A DNA stretch of 64,000 bases, taken from assembly GCA_025699005.1 (NCBI GenBank), contig JAILWI010000001.1:894486-958485 (forward strand), given 5' to 3'. A program made the position numbers and the translations under genes. Each line of letters begins with the position of its first letter. The stretch's first letter is position 1. Below the pieces are notes generated by a model, which saw only the letters and a program-made list of their open reading frames with translations, was not told where the DNA came from and searched no databases. Shown here piece after piece: positions 40,295 through 50,144 of this stretch. The stretch is from Chloroflexota bacterium. Lineage in GTDB: Bacteria > Chloroflexota > Limnocylindria > QHBO01.

Positions 40295-42634
40295 TCAGCG
40301 ACCCGCGTCCGTCAGGGCCGCGTCCAGCGCCTCGACGATGAGGGTCGCCTCCGCGGGCCGGATGGCAAGCGGTGGGCGGATCTTCAGGGTGTTTCCCGCG
40401 CGGCCGGTCGTTCCGATCAGCACCCCTCGCTCCCGCATCGCCTCTCGCACGCGGCTCGCGAGCTCACGGTCCGCCTCCCGTGACTCGACATCGCCGATGA
40501 GCTCGACGCCGGTCATCAGCCCGCGACCACGGACGTCGCCGATCGCCGGATGCCGATCGACGAGGCGCTCGAGCTCGGACCGCAGCCGGGTGCCGACGGT
40601 GCCGGCGTGCGCCACGAGCCCCTCGTCCTCGATGACGTCGAGCACCGCGAGAGCGGCAGCGCAGGCGACCGGGTTGCCGCCGAAGGTCGAGAAGAACGTC
40701 GTTGTCGCTCCGAAGCGATCGACGATCTCCGAGCGGGTCACGACCGCGGCGATCGGATGGCCATTGCCCATCGGCTTGCCGAGCGTCACGATGTCGGGCG
40801 TCACGCCCCAGCGGCTGAAGCCCCACAGCTCTCCGGTCCGGCCGTATCCGGACTGGACCTCGTCGGCGATGAGCAGGGCGCCGGCGTCCCGGGCCGTGCC
40901 GATGAGGGCGGCCACGACCCCCGGCGCCGGTACGAAGATCCCGTCGGCCGTGAAGGTCGAGTCGACGAAGAGCGCCGCGGGACGGCGGCCCCGTTCGGTC
41001 AGGCGCTCCACCGCCCTGAGCATCTCGTTCCGGCCCACGGACTCGGCGTCCGCTGCATCGGCGTAGGGCCCGCGGTAGGTGTTCGGCGCGGGGTAGGGCT
41101 CGGCAGCGTCCGGCTGGGATCCGTTCGGCCATTCGGACGGAGAGAAGTCGGCGATGGCGTGGGTGACGCCGTGATACCCCCAGTCGCTCACGATCCCCGT
41201 GTCGCCACCGGTGACCGTCGTTGCGAGGCGCCAGGCGAGGTCGTTCGCCTCCGACCCCGAGTTCACGAACAGCACCGTGTCGAGCCCGTCCGGCATCGTC
41301 GCCACCAGGCGCTCGGCAAGGGTCACGACGTGCTCGTGGAGGTAGCGCGTGTTCGTGTTGAGGGTGGCCGCCTGGCGGGCGATGGCGTCGACGACTCGCG
41401 GGTGTGCATGCCCGACCACCGGCACGTTGTTGTAGGCGTCCAGGTACCCGCGGCCGGCGGTGTCGTACATCCACGCGCCTTCGCCACGCACGAGGTGGAG
41501 CGGACGCCGATAGGTGAGCGGTTCGAGCGCGCTGCCGAGCACGCGCGTGCGCCGCGCGATGAGCTCGTCCTCTCCGGGGGCCGCCACGGGCGTCGACCTC
41601 ATCACCGGCACGGACCGCGCGGCTCCGGCCAGGCGCCGGCTCGCCACGTCCCATCCGACCTCCTCCAGCTGGCGGAGCAGCTGCCAGGCCGGCTCGGACC
41701 AGCCGCGGATGTAGGCGTTGTCGGGGTACTGGCGGGTCCGCACCTCGGAGATGAGGATGGTCTGGGCCATCCGACCCGCAAGGAGGTCGCCGAGCAGCTC
41801 TCGCTCGGCCTCCTCGAGCGGCAGGAGCGCGGTGTACCCGGACAGGAACGCGGCAGCGACCTCGAAGATGTCCCGGCGATCGCGGACCAGGGACTGGATC
41901 GTGGCCGGCACGTCGAGCACGAGGGCCGTGTGGGCCATGTCGCCGAAGTCGATGATGCCGCTGACGGAGCCGTCCGCGTCGAGGAGGAGGTTGTCCAGGG
42001 TCACGTCGTTGTGGATCACCTGCGCCCGGAGGGTGGGGAGCGCGGGCACGACGGACGCGCGGAAACGGTCGAGCACCGTCTCGAGCAGCCGGCGTCGGTC
42101 CGGATCGGCAACGAGCTCCGCGTGGGGCATCAGTGCCGGCAGCTCCTTCTGGTCCCACCAGATCGATCGGCCGGCGGCGGGGTGGAAGAAGCCGCGCAGC
42201 GCGAGGGCAAGGCGCGCCACCGCCTCGCCGATGCCACGGAGCCCGGCCGGATCCAGCCCGGTGGGGTCCGCCGTGCGGCCCGGGAGCAGTGGAATCAGCC
42301 GCACGAGGTGCTCGGTCCCGCTCACGTCGACCCGCGTGATCGGCGCTCCATCGGCCGATCGGCGGGCGAGGGGAACCGGCAGCGACGGATCGATCCTCGC
42401 GACATGCTCGACCGCGCGCACCTCCATGTCGATGACGGCCGGGTCCTCCGCACGATTGGAGACCTTGAGCACCCACGCACTTCCGTCGTCGGCCGCGATG
42501 GCGAAGTTCTGATCCCGCTCGCTGACCAGCGGGCGAGCCGACCCGTCCACGCCGAAACGGTCATGCGCGATCCGCTCCGCGTCGGCCGTCGTCAGGTCCG
42601 GGGGCTGGGCGTCGAGGACATGGGTGGTGGCCAT
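40295..42634 (-). CDS. APH-type kinase fused to class III aminotransferase/phospho-lyase (hydroxylysine kinase + phospho-lyase-like)
   Basis: [11 protein letters not shown] and IIDFGD kinase motifs; [40 protein letters not shown]. Confidence 0.9.
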   Translation of the reverse strand: MATTHVLDAQPPDLTTADAERIAHDRFGVDGSARPLVSERDQNFAIAADDGSAWVLKVSNRAEDPAVIDMEVRAVEHVARIDPSLPVPLARRSADGAPITRVDVSGTEHLVRLIPLLPGRTADPTGLDPAGLRGIGEAVARLALALRGFFHPAAGRSIWWDQKELPALMPHAELVADPDRRRLLETVLDRFRASVVPALPTLRAQVIHNDVTLDNLLLDADGSVSGIIDFGDMAHTALVLDVPATIQSLVRDRRDIFEVAAAFLSGYTALLPLEEAERELLGDLLAGRMAQTILISEVRTRQYPDNAYIRGWSEPAWQLLRQLEEVGWDVASRRLAGAARSVPVMRSTPVAAPGEDELIARRTRVLGSALEPLTYRRPLHLVRGEGAWMYDTAGRGYLDAYNNVPVVGHAHPRVVDAIARQAATLNTNTRYLHEHVVTLAERLVATMPDGLDTVLFVNSGSEANDLAWRLATTVTGGDTGIVSDWGYHGVTHAIADFSPSEWPNGSQPDAAEPYPAPNTYRGPYADAADAESVGRNEMLRAVERLTERGRRPAALFVDSTFTADGIFVPAPGVVAALIGTARDAGALLIADEVQSGYGRTGELWGFSRWGVTPDIVTLGKPMGNGHPIAAVVTRSEIVDRFGATTTFFSTFGGNPVACAAALAVLDVIEDEGLVAHAGTVGTRLRSELERLVDRHPAIGDVRGRGLMTGVELIGDVESREADRELASRVREAMRERGVLIGTTGRAGNTLKIRPPLAIRPAEATLIVEALDAALTDAGR

Positions 42635-42696
42635 CGGCGCGATCGTACGCCGACGAGCACGTGCGGAGTCAGTCGAGACGCCGCAATTGGCCCCGG

Positions 42697-43125
42697 CTAC
42701 GGCTCGACGGTTACGGCGCCTCGCATGCCGGCTTCGTAGTGCCCGTCAACGTGGCACGCGATCTCCAGCTCACCCGCTTCGGCGAACGTGTAGACGAGCT
42801 CCTTGCTCTCGCCCGGCGCGAGACCGATTGCTCCCTCTTCGTCGTGCATGATCCCCTCACCCGACATCATCTCCTCGGCGTGATGTGCCTGCTCATCTGA
42901 GTCGCCGATAACGAACTCGTGATCAAGTGCGGTCGGATTTGAGACCGTGAACCGCACGGTCTCACCCTCTCGGACCGCGATGCTGTCCGGATCGAAGCGC
43001 AGATCGTCGGTCATGACGACGTCAACCCGACGCGGGGCGTCGACGGTACCGGCTTCGGAGGCGCAGGCGCTCATGATCAGCGCACCCGCCGCCAGGAACA
43101 GGAGGAGGCGGCTCATGGTTCTCAT
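42697..43125 (-). CDS. Cupredoxin/plastocyanin-like lipoprotein (CopI-like)
   Basis: Lipobox MSAC; HEFVIG, His/Met-rich loop, CHVDGHYEAGM type-1 Cu ligands. Confidence 0.88.
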   Translation of the reverse strand: MRTMSRLLLFLAAGALIMSACASEAGTVDAPRRVDVVMTDDLRFDPDSIAVREGETVRFTVSNPTALDHEFVIGDSDEQAHHAEEMMSGEGIMHDEEGAIGLAPGESKELVYTFAEAGELEIACHVDGHYEAGMRGAVTVEP

Positions 43126-43376
43126 GCATCCATTGTGAGTTGTGCGGCGAGGCCGAAACCTGCCATCGGTCCTGAAATCCGCAGGCCGTTGTACCTCGCG
43201 TCCCCGCCGCGCGCCCGAGACTGCGAACTCCAACGGCGGATCAGCTCCGGCCTTCTGGCAGCGCTCGTGCGCTAGAATCGGCAACCGTCACCCCGTGGCC
43301 GGCCTGCTTCCGCTTTCGAACCATGCGTGCAGAGGCGCCGGCCGCGACTGCATACAGGAGGCACTCAGCGCACCTG

Positions 43377-44645
43377 ATGGCCAGCCAGAACCCGGTGGCG
43401 GAGGCTCCGAACATCTGGGCCGTCGCCCAGTCCCAGTTCGACCACGCCGCCGACAAGCTCTCCCTCGACGACGGCATGCGGCGCGTCCTGCGAGTCCCCC
43501 AGCGCGAGCTCACCGTGAACTTCCCCGTGACCATGGACGATGGCAGCGTCGCCGTCTTCACCGGTCACCGCGTCCAGCACAACGTGAGCCGCGGTCCCGG
43601 CAAGGGCGGCATCCGCTACCACCAGGACGTGACCCTGGACGAGGTGCGGGCGCTGGCCATGTGGATGAGCTGGAAGTGCGCCTGCGTGAACATCCCGTAC
43701 GGTGGTGCCAAGGGCGGCGTCGTGGTCGACCCGAAGAAGCTGTCGATCCGCGAGGTGGAGGGCCTGACTCGGCGCTTCACGACCGAGATCAGCCCGCTCA
43801 TCGGTCCCGACCGGGACATTCCGGCGCCGGACGTGAATACGAACGCCCAGACGATGGCTTGGATCATGGACACCTACTCCATGCATCACGGCTACACGAT
43901 CGCCGGGGTGGTCACCGGGAAGCCGATCTCCATCGGCGGCTCACTCGGCCGCAACGAGGCGACCGCCCGCGGTGCCGTGTTCACCCTGCTGCAGGCTTCG
44001 AAGGCGCTCGATGTCCCGCTCGTCGGCGCACGGGTGGCGATCCAGGGCTACGGCAACGCCGGCAGCATCGCCGCCACGCTCCTCGCCGACGAGGGCGCGA
44101 AGATCGTGGCCGTCAGCGACTCGACCGGCGGAATCCACAACGCGGCCGGCCTGGATCCGGCGAAGGTCAGCTCCTGGAAGCAGGAGCACGGGACCGTCGT
44201 CGGCTTCCCGGGCTCGGACGAGATCTCGAACCGCGAGATTCTCGAGGTCGACTGCGACATCCTCGTCCCGGCGGCGCTCGAGAACCAGATCACGAAGCAG
44301 AACGCGCCGAACATCAAGGCGAAGATCATCGCGGAGGCGGCGAACGGTCCGACCACGCCCGAGGCCGACGAGATCCTCTACGACCGGGGCGTGTTCCTCA
44401 TCCCGGACATCCTCTGCAATGCCGGCGGCGTGACCGTCTCCTACTTCGAGTGGGTGCAGGACATGCAGAGCTTCTTCTGGACCGAGGAGCGTATCAACGA
44501 GAGCCTCAAGGAGATCATGGACCGCGCCTTCGAGTCGGTGCACGCCATGAGCGAGCGGCACGAGGTCGACATGCGGACCGCCGCTTACATGGTGGCCGTG
44601 GCCCGTGTGGCCGAGGCGACCACCTTGCGCGGGCTCTATCCGTAG
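43377..44645 (+). CDS. gdh: Glutamate dehydrogenase, catalytic
   Basis: GPGKGGIRY, WKCA, YGGAKGG, PAPDVNT, TGKP, GYGNAG, NAGGVTVSYFEW; AGGAGG RBS. Confidence 0.95.
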   Translation: MASQNPVAEAPNIWAVAQSQFDHAADKLSLDDGMRRVLRVPQRELTVNFPVTMDDGSVAVFTGHRVQHNVSRGPGKGGIRYHQDVTLDEVRALAMWMSWKCACVNIPYGGAKGGVVVDPKKLSIREVEGLTRRFTTEISPLIGPDRDIPAPDVNTNAQTMAWIMDTYSMHHGYTIAGVVTGKPISIGGSLGRNEATARGAVFTLLQASKALDVPLVGARVAIQGYGNAGSIAATLLADEGAKIVAVSDSTGGIHNAAGLDPAKVSSWKQEHGTVVGFPGSDEISNREILEVDCDILVPAALENQITKQNAPNIKAKIIAEAANGPTTPEADEILYDRGVFLIPDILCNAGGVTVSYFEWVQDMQSFFWTEERINESLKEIMDRAFESVHAMSERHEVDMRTAAYMVAVARVAEATTLRGLYP

Positions 44646-44656
44646 GACCACCATGG

Positions 44657-44703
44657 GCCGATGCCGGCGCCGCGCAGCCGCGCGGCGCCGGGTTCGCATC
44701 GGC
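44657..44703 (+). terminator. GC-rich stem-loop after gdh
   Basis: ccggcgccgcgc-agcc-gcgcggcgccgg nested in gccgatgc/gcatcggc. Confidence 0.55.
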
Positions 44704-44725
44704 GCAGCCAGGAGAGGACCATCCC

Positions 44726-45331
44726 ATGCTCGATCACGAAGAGCGATTCCTGTTCCGGGAGGAGATCCACAACCTGGCGAACGCCCTCGCCGATCCGGGC
44801 CAGCTCGACAACGTCGAGGACCTGCTCGCCGAGGTCACCACCAGTCCGCGTTTCGATGCGGACGTCTTCACACTCGAGCGCTCGCTGCAGGTCATGCTCG
44901 GTGGGCGCGCGGGCTCGACCCTGGTCGGGCTGCTGACCGTCGATCGGGCCGTGTTCGACGAGCTCGGTGAGATGGGCCTGCCGCCCGAGGTCCACGAGCG
45001 GCTCGTCAGCTGGCGGGCGCGCTTCGGGCTCGTCATCGACAACGCCCTGAACTTCCTCAACAACCCCGACGGCATCCAGGGCCACAACTTCGGCACGCAG
45101 CTCATGCACACCGAGTCCGGCCTCACGCTCCAGGGACGCCTGACGCTGGTGCGCTACAACAACGAGCCACAGTTCTTCATAGCCGATGCGGACGTCCTGT
45201 TGAGCGTCGCCGCCGACATGCTCGAGCGTCTCGGCGAGCATCTCGAGCCGGACATGGTGGACGCGGAGCTCGTCGGCCGGCTCCGCGAGGGTGTCGAGCT
45301 CGTCGAGCGGCGATCGAAGAGCCGCTCGTAG
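44726..45331 (+). CDS. Hypothetical protein
   Basis: AGGAGAGG RBS, strong GC3 bias, globular acidic sequence. Confidence 0.8.
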   Translation: MLDHEERFLFREEIHNLANALADPGQLDNVEDLLAEVTTSPRFDADVFTLERSLQVMLGGRAGSTLVGLLTVDRAVFDELGEMGLPPEVHERLVSWRARFGLVIDNALNFLNNPDGIQGHNFGTQLMHTESGLTLQGRLTLVRYNNEPQFFIADADVLLSVAADMLERLGEHLEPDMVDAELVGRLREGVELVERRSKSRS

Positions 45332-45356
45332 CCGCGTCCCCGATCGGGAGCGTGCC

Positions 45357-46466
45357 ATGACCGCACGCGTCTTCCTGGCCGCCACCGGTCAGAACCGGGG
45401 CAAGACGACGACGAGCCTCGGGCTCATCGCCGCCATCCGCGAGCGAGGGCTGGCCCTGGGCTTCCTCAAGCCGGTCGGGCAGCGCTACCTCGTCGTGGAG
45501 GGGACGCGCGCGGACGAGGACGCCGTCCTCATGAAGGAGGTCTACCGGCTGCCCGACGCGCTGAACGACATGTCGCCGGTGACGCTGCCGCGCCGGTTCA
45601 CCACCGACTTCATTCTCGGGCGCGTCACCGACGACCTCGAGGCACAGGTGAGGCACGCCTATGACCGCGTCGCCCATGACAAGGACCTCGTCGTCATCGA
45701 GGGCACCGGACACGCCGGGGTCGGCGCCGTCGTCGGCCTGTCCAATGCCCGCGCCGCGGCCATGCTCGATGCGCCGGTCATCATCGTGAGCGAGGGCGGC
45801 GTGGGCCGGCCGATCGACGAGATCGTGCTGAATCGGGCGCTCTTCGCGTCGCACGGCGTGACGGTCCTCGGGGCCGTCGTGAACAAGGTGGACGTCGTCT
45901 CCCATCCGCAGCTGCCCGAGGTCCTGCGTCGCGGGCTCGCGCAGCACGGGATCGACCTGCTCGGCTGCATCCCGTACTCGGAGTTCCTGGCCAACCCCTC
46001 GCTCGAGCTCATCGCGACCCACCTCGATGGCGAGCTGCTGTCCGGCCGTGCCGAGCCCGGTCGGACGATCGGCCACGTCGCGATCGGGGCCATGCAGTCC
46101 GAGCACGCCGTGGAGCACCTGGAGGACCGGACCCTCCTTATCACACCGGGAGACCGCGAGGATCTCCTGCGCGCCGCTCTCGAGGCGAATGCCGAGGCGG
46201 TTGGCCTCCCGCTCGTCAGCGGCATCGTGCTGACCGGCGGCTACCGACCGTCGGACGGCCTGCTCGCCACGCTCCGATCGGAGGACATGTTCGCGTACCT
46301 CGTCCCGACCGACACCTACCGCACGGCACAGGCGGTGGACGAGATCCTCGTCAAGACGCACGCCACCGACCGGGAGAAGATCGCGACGATCATCGACCTC
46401 GTCGGTGGCGCCCTGGACGTCGATGGGCTGCTCGAGCGGCTCGGGTCGCGAGCGCCCCGGACATGA
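45357..46466 (+). CDS. Phosphotransacetylase N-terminal-like protein (BioD-like P-loop + DRTGG)
   Basis: ATGQNRGKTT, FLKPVG, VIEGTGH, VVNKV, ITPGDRED, VLTGG; no Pta catalytic domain. Confidence 0.88.
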   Translation: MTARVFLAATGQNRGKTTTSLGLIAAIRERGLALGFLKPVGQRYLVVEGTRADEDAVLMKEVYRLPDALNDMSPVTLPRRFTTDFILGRVTDDLEAQVRHAYDRVAHDKDLVVIEGTGHAGVGAVVGLSNARAAAMLDAPVIIVSEGGVGRPIDEIVLNRALFASHGVTVLGAVVNKVDVVSHPQLPEVLRRGLAQHGIDLLGCIPYSEFLANPSLELIATHLDGELLSGRAEPGRTIGHVAIGAMQSEHAVEHLEDRTLLITPGDREDLLRAALEANAEAVGLPLVSGIVLTGGYRPSDGLLATLRSEDMFAYLVPTDTYRTAQAVDEILVKTHATDREKIATIIDLVGGALDVDGLLERLGSRAPRT

Positions 46467-46470
46467 CGAA

Positions 46471-46503
46471 GGGAGGCCGGACGTGGGCACCCGCCGGCCT
46501 CCC
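46471..46503. terminator. Stem-loop between convergent genes
   Basis: gggaggccgg...ccggcctccc perfect 10-bp stem. Confidence 0.65.
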
Positions 46504-46625
46504 ATGCACCGGCGTCGCAACACGGCCGTGGGGCCAGGCGTCGCTGGTGACGAGCCTCATGTTACGGTCGGGGCCGAGGACCGCACTAGTACTTCCGTCG
46601 GGGCTCGACCAGCGTCGAACCCGCC

Positions 46626-47480
46626 TCAGGCGACATCCCACGCGAGCGGCATGTTGTCGGTGAGCCGCGTGCGCCCGATGCCGACCGCGATGAGGGCCAG
46701 CGCCGGTCCGGTGACCCGCTGGAGCTCGGCCAGCGTCAGCGCATCGGCCACGCTCACGTAGTCGATCCGGGCTCGTGGCTCGTTCGAGAGCACGTCGGTC
46801 ATGCGCCAACGCAGGACCTCCGCCGAGCGCTCCCCTGCGTCGTACGCATCCTTGGCCGCGGTCAGGGCGTTGAACAGGCAGGCGGCAGCGTGTCGCTCCT
46901 CGATGCCGAGCTGTGCATTCGCGCTCGACAGCGCAAGGCCGTCGTCCTCCCGGATGGTCGGGCAGATGACGAGGTCGACGTTGAGGAACAGGTCGCGGAC
47001 CATGCGGCGCACGATCACCACCTGCTGGGCGTGGCGCTGGCCGAGGTAGAGGCGCGCCGGCCCCACGAGGTGGAGCAGCTTGAGCATGATCGTCGTGAGT
47101 CCGTCGAGGTGTCCGGGTCGCGAGGCTCCCTCGAGCTGGCGCGTCAGGCCCTCGACGGTGACGCGCGTCGTGTCGTTCGGCGGGTAGAGGGTGCCAACGT
47201 CCGGGACGAAGGCGATGTCCACCCTGGCGTGCTCGAGCAGGGCGAGGTCGCGCGCCGTGTCGCGCCGTCCGGGAGACGCCTCGTCGAGCGTCGTGAACGA
47301 GCCGGGGTTCGTGAAGCTCGACACGACCACCGAACCATTCTCTTCTCGGGCGCGCCGCACGAGCGAAAGCTGGCCATCGTGGAGCATGCCCATGGTCGGG
47401 ACGAATCCGATGCTGTCCCCGGCGACGCGCCGCTCGAGGATCGCGTCGCGCAGCTCATTCGCCGTCCGAACGACGATCAC
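46626..47480 (-). CDS. panC: Pantoate--beta-alanine ligase homolog with altered active-site motifs
   Basis: FVPTMG, LEGASRPGH, REDDGLALSS, TRLTDN; GTG start overlapping the coaBC stop. Confidence 0.85.
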   Translation of the reverse strand: MIVVRTANELRDAILERRVAGDSIGFVPTMGMLHDGQLSLVRRAREENGSVVVSSFTNPGSFTTLDEASPGRRDTARDLALLEHARVDIAFVPDVGTLYPPNDTTRVTVEGLTRQLEGASRPGHLDGLTTIMLKLLHLVGPARLYLGQRHAQQVVIVRRMVRDLFLNVDLVICPTIREDDGLALSSANAQLGIEERHAAACLFNALTAAKDAYDAGERSAEVLRWRMTDVLSNEPRARIDYVSVADALTLAELQRVTGPALALIAVGIGRTRLTDNMPLAWDVA

Positions 47481-48748
47481 GACCGACGGCGACGCCGGTT
47501 CCCGGTCGTTGCTCCGTCCTTCGAGCGGGCCGTCCGGTAGCGGTCGCCGATGAGGTCCCACAGCCGTTCCGCGACCTGCCGCTTCGGCAGCATCGGCCAG
47601 TCGGTGAGCGCACCCTCGGCGCCGAACACCGTGACCTTGTTCTCGTCCGACCCGATCGCGTCGAACGGCCCGCCGACCACGTTGCCGACGATGAGGTCCA
47701 GGCCCTTGTCCCGCAGCTTGGCGGCCGCGTTGGCCTCGAGGTCGTCGCTCTCGGCGGCGAAGCCGATGAGGAACGGCCGCACGTCGTCCGGCATCTCACC
47801 GACCTCGGCCACGATGTCGGGGTTCGGCACGAGCTCGATCTGCAGGTTCTCGCCGGAGCGCTTGATCTTCCGCTGGCTGGCTCGAGCGGGCGCGAAGTCG
47901 GCCACGGCCGCCGCCATGACGAGCACGTCCGCGTTCGCCGCGGCGCGCAGGACCGCCTCGCGCATGGACTGGGCCGTCGTGGCGTCGACGACGGTCACGC
48001 CGCGCGGTGGCGTCACGCCCATGGCGCCGGCGATGAGCGTCACGTTCGCGCCGCGATCACGGGCCGCCTCGGCGATGGCCGCGCCCATCTTGCCCGACGA
48101 CCGGTTGCCGATGAACCGGACCGGGTCGAGCGGCTCGCGGGTCCCCCCCGCGCTGACGACCACGTGGAGGCCCTCGAGGTCGCCGGATCGCTCGAAGAGG
48201 CGCTCGACGGCCTCGACCACCGACGCCGGCTCGGCCAGCCGTCCGATCCCGGTGAGGCCCGATGCCAGCTCGCCGACCTCCGGCTCGACGACGAGATAGC
48301 CGAAGTCGCGCAGGGTGGCGACGTTGCGCTGCGTTGCGGGGTGAGTCCACATCCCCGCGTCCATGGCGGGGGCGACGATCACCGGGGCGCGGCTGGCGCA
48401 GGCGATGGCGGTGATCGCGTCGTTGACGAGGCCGGCGGCCAGCTCGCCGAGGAGGTTGGCCGTGGCAGGTGCGAGCACGATCGCATCCGCCGCCTCGGCC
48501 AGCTCGATGTGCGCGATCTGCTGGTCGGCGTCGAGCTCGAACACGTCGTCGAGGACCGGGCGGTGGGTGAGGCTGGCGAAGGTCAGCGGCCCGACGAAGC
48601 GGGTCGCCGCCGGCGTCATCGCCACGTCGACGACCGCACCCCGGTCCTGGAGCAGCCGGACGAGGCTGACCGCCTTGTAGGCGGCGATGCTGCCCGAGAC
48701 CCCGACCACCACGCGACGTCCGGCGAGCTGGCCGGGTCCCTCGCTCAT
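47477..48748 (-). CDS. coaBC: Bifunctional phosphopantothenoylcysteine decarboxylase/ligase
   Basis: SGSIAAYK, HIEL, APATAN, PAM, GGTREPLDPVRFIGNRSSGKMG, AAVADF, GFAAE. Confidence 0.96.
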   Translation of the reverse strand: MSEGPGQLAGRRVVVGVSGSIAAYKAVSLVRLLQDRGAVVDVAMTPAATRFVGPLTFASLTHRPVLDDVFELDADQQIAHIELAEAADAIVLAPATANLLGELAAGLVNDAITAIACASRAPVIVAPAMDAGMWTHPATQRNVATLRDFGYLVVEPEVGELASGLTGIGRLAEPASVVEAVERLFERSGDLEGLHVVVSAGGTREPLDPVRFIGNRSSGKMGAAIAEAARDRGANVTLIAGAMGVTPPRGVTVVDATTAQSMREAVLRAAANADVLVMAAAVADFAPARASQRKIKRSGENLQIELVPNPDIVAEVGEMPDDVRPFLIGFAAESDDLEANAAAKLRDKGLDLIVGNVVGGPFDAIGSDENKVTVFGAEGALTDWPMLPKRQVAERLWDLIGDRYRTARSKDGATTGNRRRRRS

Positions 48749-49569
48749 CGATCGGCCTTCGGCGCGCTCTGCACGCGGTCGCGTGCCGCCTGCCAGGCGT
48801 AGCGGATCCCGCGCAGCGTGAGGTCCGGCTCCACGGCGTCGATGCCCGGCACCTCGCCGAGCCACGGCTGGTAGGTATGGCCGCCGGTGGCGATGACCGT
48901 CACGCGGGCGGCATCAGGGGAGCGTTCGAGGAGCTCGCCACGCAGCGCCGTGAGCAGCCCGCTCACCAGGCCGATGTACCCGAGCACGGCGCCCGATTGC
49001 ATGGCGTGCACGGTGTTGGCGCCGATCGCCGAGGGCGGGCGTCGCAGCTCGATGCGTGGCAGCTTGCTCGCTCGCCCCACCAGCGCCTCGAGGCTGAGGC
49101 CCATGCCCGGCGCGATCGCCCCGCCGATGTAGGCGCCGCCGGCGTCCACGAGATCGAAGTTCGTGGACGTCCCGAGGTCGATGACGATCGCGGGGCCGCC
49201 GAACTCGACCCGCGCCGCGAGCGCGTTGGCCAGCCGATCCGCGCCGGCCTCGCCGGGGCGGTCGATCCGGATGTCGAGCGTGCCCTCGAGCGACGCGGCG
49301 TCGATGATCGCGGGCTCGACGCCGATCCGCTGCGTGACCAGCCGCTCCCACGTCTCGGTCAGCGGCGGCACGACGCTGGCGATGGCGACGGCGTCGAGCT
49401 CGTCCAGGCGGTGCGCGTCGAGCGCGAGCAGGCCGGTCAGCGCGGCGGCCACCTCGTCGGTCGTCGCGTTTGCGCGGGTGATGGCGCGCCACGAGCGCGC
49501 CAGCCGATCGTCCTCGAACAGGCCGATCGTCACGTTCGTGTTGCCGATATCGGCCGCCAGCAGCTTCAC
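48745..49569 (-). CDS. coaX: Type III pantothenate kinase
   Basis: DIGNTN, ASVVP, GADRLAN, IDLGTST, GGAIAPG, IATGG. Confidence 0.95.
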   Translation of the reverse strand: MKLLAADIGNTNVTIGLFEDDRLARSWRAITRANATTDEVAAALTGLLALDAHRLDELDAVAIASVVPPLTETWERLVTQRIGVEPAIIDAASLEGTLDIRIDRPGEAGADRLANALAARVEFGGPAIVIDLGTSTNFDLVDAGGAYIGGAIAPGMGLSLEALVGRASKLPRIELRRPPSAIGANTVHAMQSGAVLGYIGLVSGLLTALRGELLERSPDAARVTVIATGGHTYQPWLGEVPGIDAVEPDLTLRGIRYAWQAARDRVQSAPKADR

Positions 49570-49643
49570 GGGCCGTATCCTAGCAGCCGATTCCGGCGGG
49601 GCCGCCGGTGCTAGACTCGCCGACGATCCGTATCTTCGAGCCG

Positions 49644-50144
49644 ATGTCCGACGAGCGCGCCAAGCTCTACATCAACACCGGGGTCGTCACCGGCAAGAGC
49701 GACATCTACAACATCCTGCGGCCGCTGCTGAAGCAGACGGTCAGCTACACCTATCACCGTGGCTCCCGGGTCGAATCGAGCGGCACCGGGTGGGTCGAGC
49801 GCATCGTGATCGACCACCCCGAGGTCGCCTCGTACTTCACGCCGCTGGCCATCTGCCTGAACCTGGACTCGTTCGACTACCTCCAGTTCGACACGACGAG
49901 CGACCAGCTGCTCGTCTACACGCTCGTCATCGGCAACGAGCGGGTCGTGATCGAGTTCGCAGCGAGCGGTGCACAGCGCCTTGCCGAGCTCACCGAGACG
50001 GAGGTCGCGGCCGACGGGCGGCCGCTGCCTCGCAACGCCGAGGAGCTGGCGCGCGACCTGCGCTTCATCCAGATGGAGCTCCTCATGTCCGCCGAGGCGG
50101 ACTCCGACGGCGACCGGGTCGACGAGGACGAGGACGGGGCGTGA
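49644..50144 (+). CDS. Hypothetical protein
   Basis: TATCTT -10 7 nt before ATG; strong codon bias; GTGA overlap with the next gene. Confidence 0.8.
   Translation: MSDERAKLYINTGVVTGKSDIYNILRPLLKQTVSYTYHRGSRVESSGTGWVERIVIDHPEVASYFTPLAICLNLDSFDYLQFDTTSDQLLVYTLVIGNERVVIEFAASGAQRLAELTETEVAADGRPLPRNAEELARDLRFIQMELLMSAEADSDGDRVDEDEDGA

Noticed and set aside
42697-43200. Slightly lower-GC cupredoxin region as a genomic island
   Set aside because: Single gene, no integrase, IS, tRNA or flanking repeats; the compositional shift was judged only by eye.
43256-43270. Sigma-54-like TGGCAGCGCTCGTGC upstream of gdh
   Set aside because: Correct spacing, but it abuts a good TAGAAT -10 and is a weaker match; ambiguous and not counted.
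48240-48370. CoaC 'LACG' Cys replaced by Ser (GELASG) and PAMD, suggesting inactivity
   Set aside because: This variant is, to my knowledge, common in other bacterial CoaBC proteins; not evidence of a pseudoenzyme.
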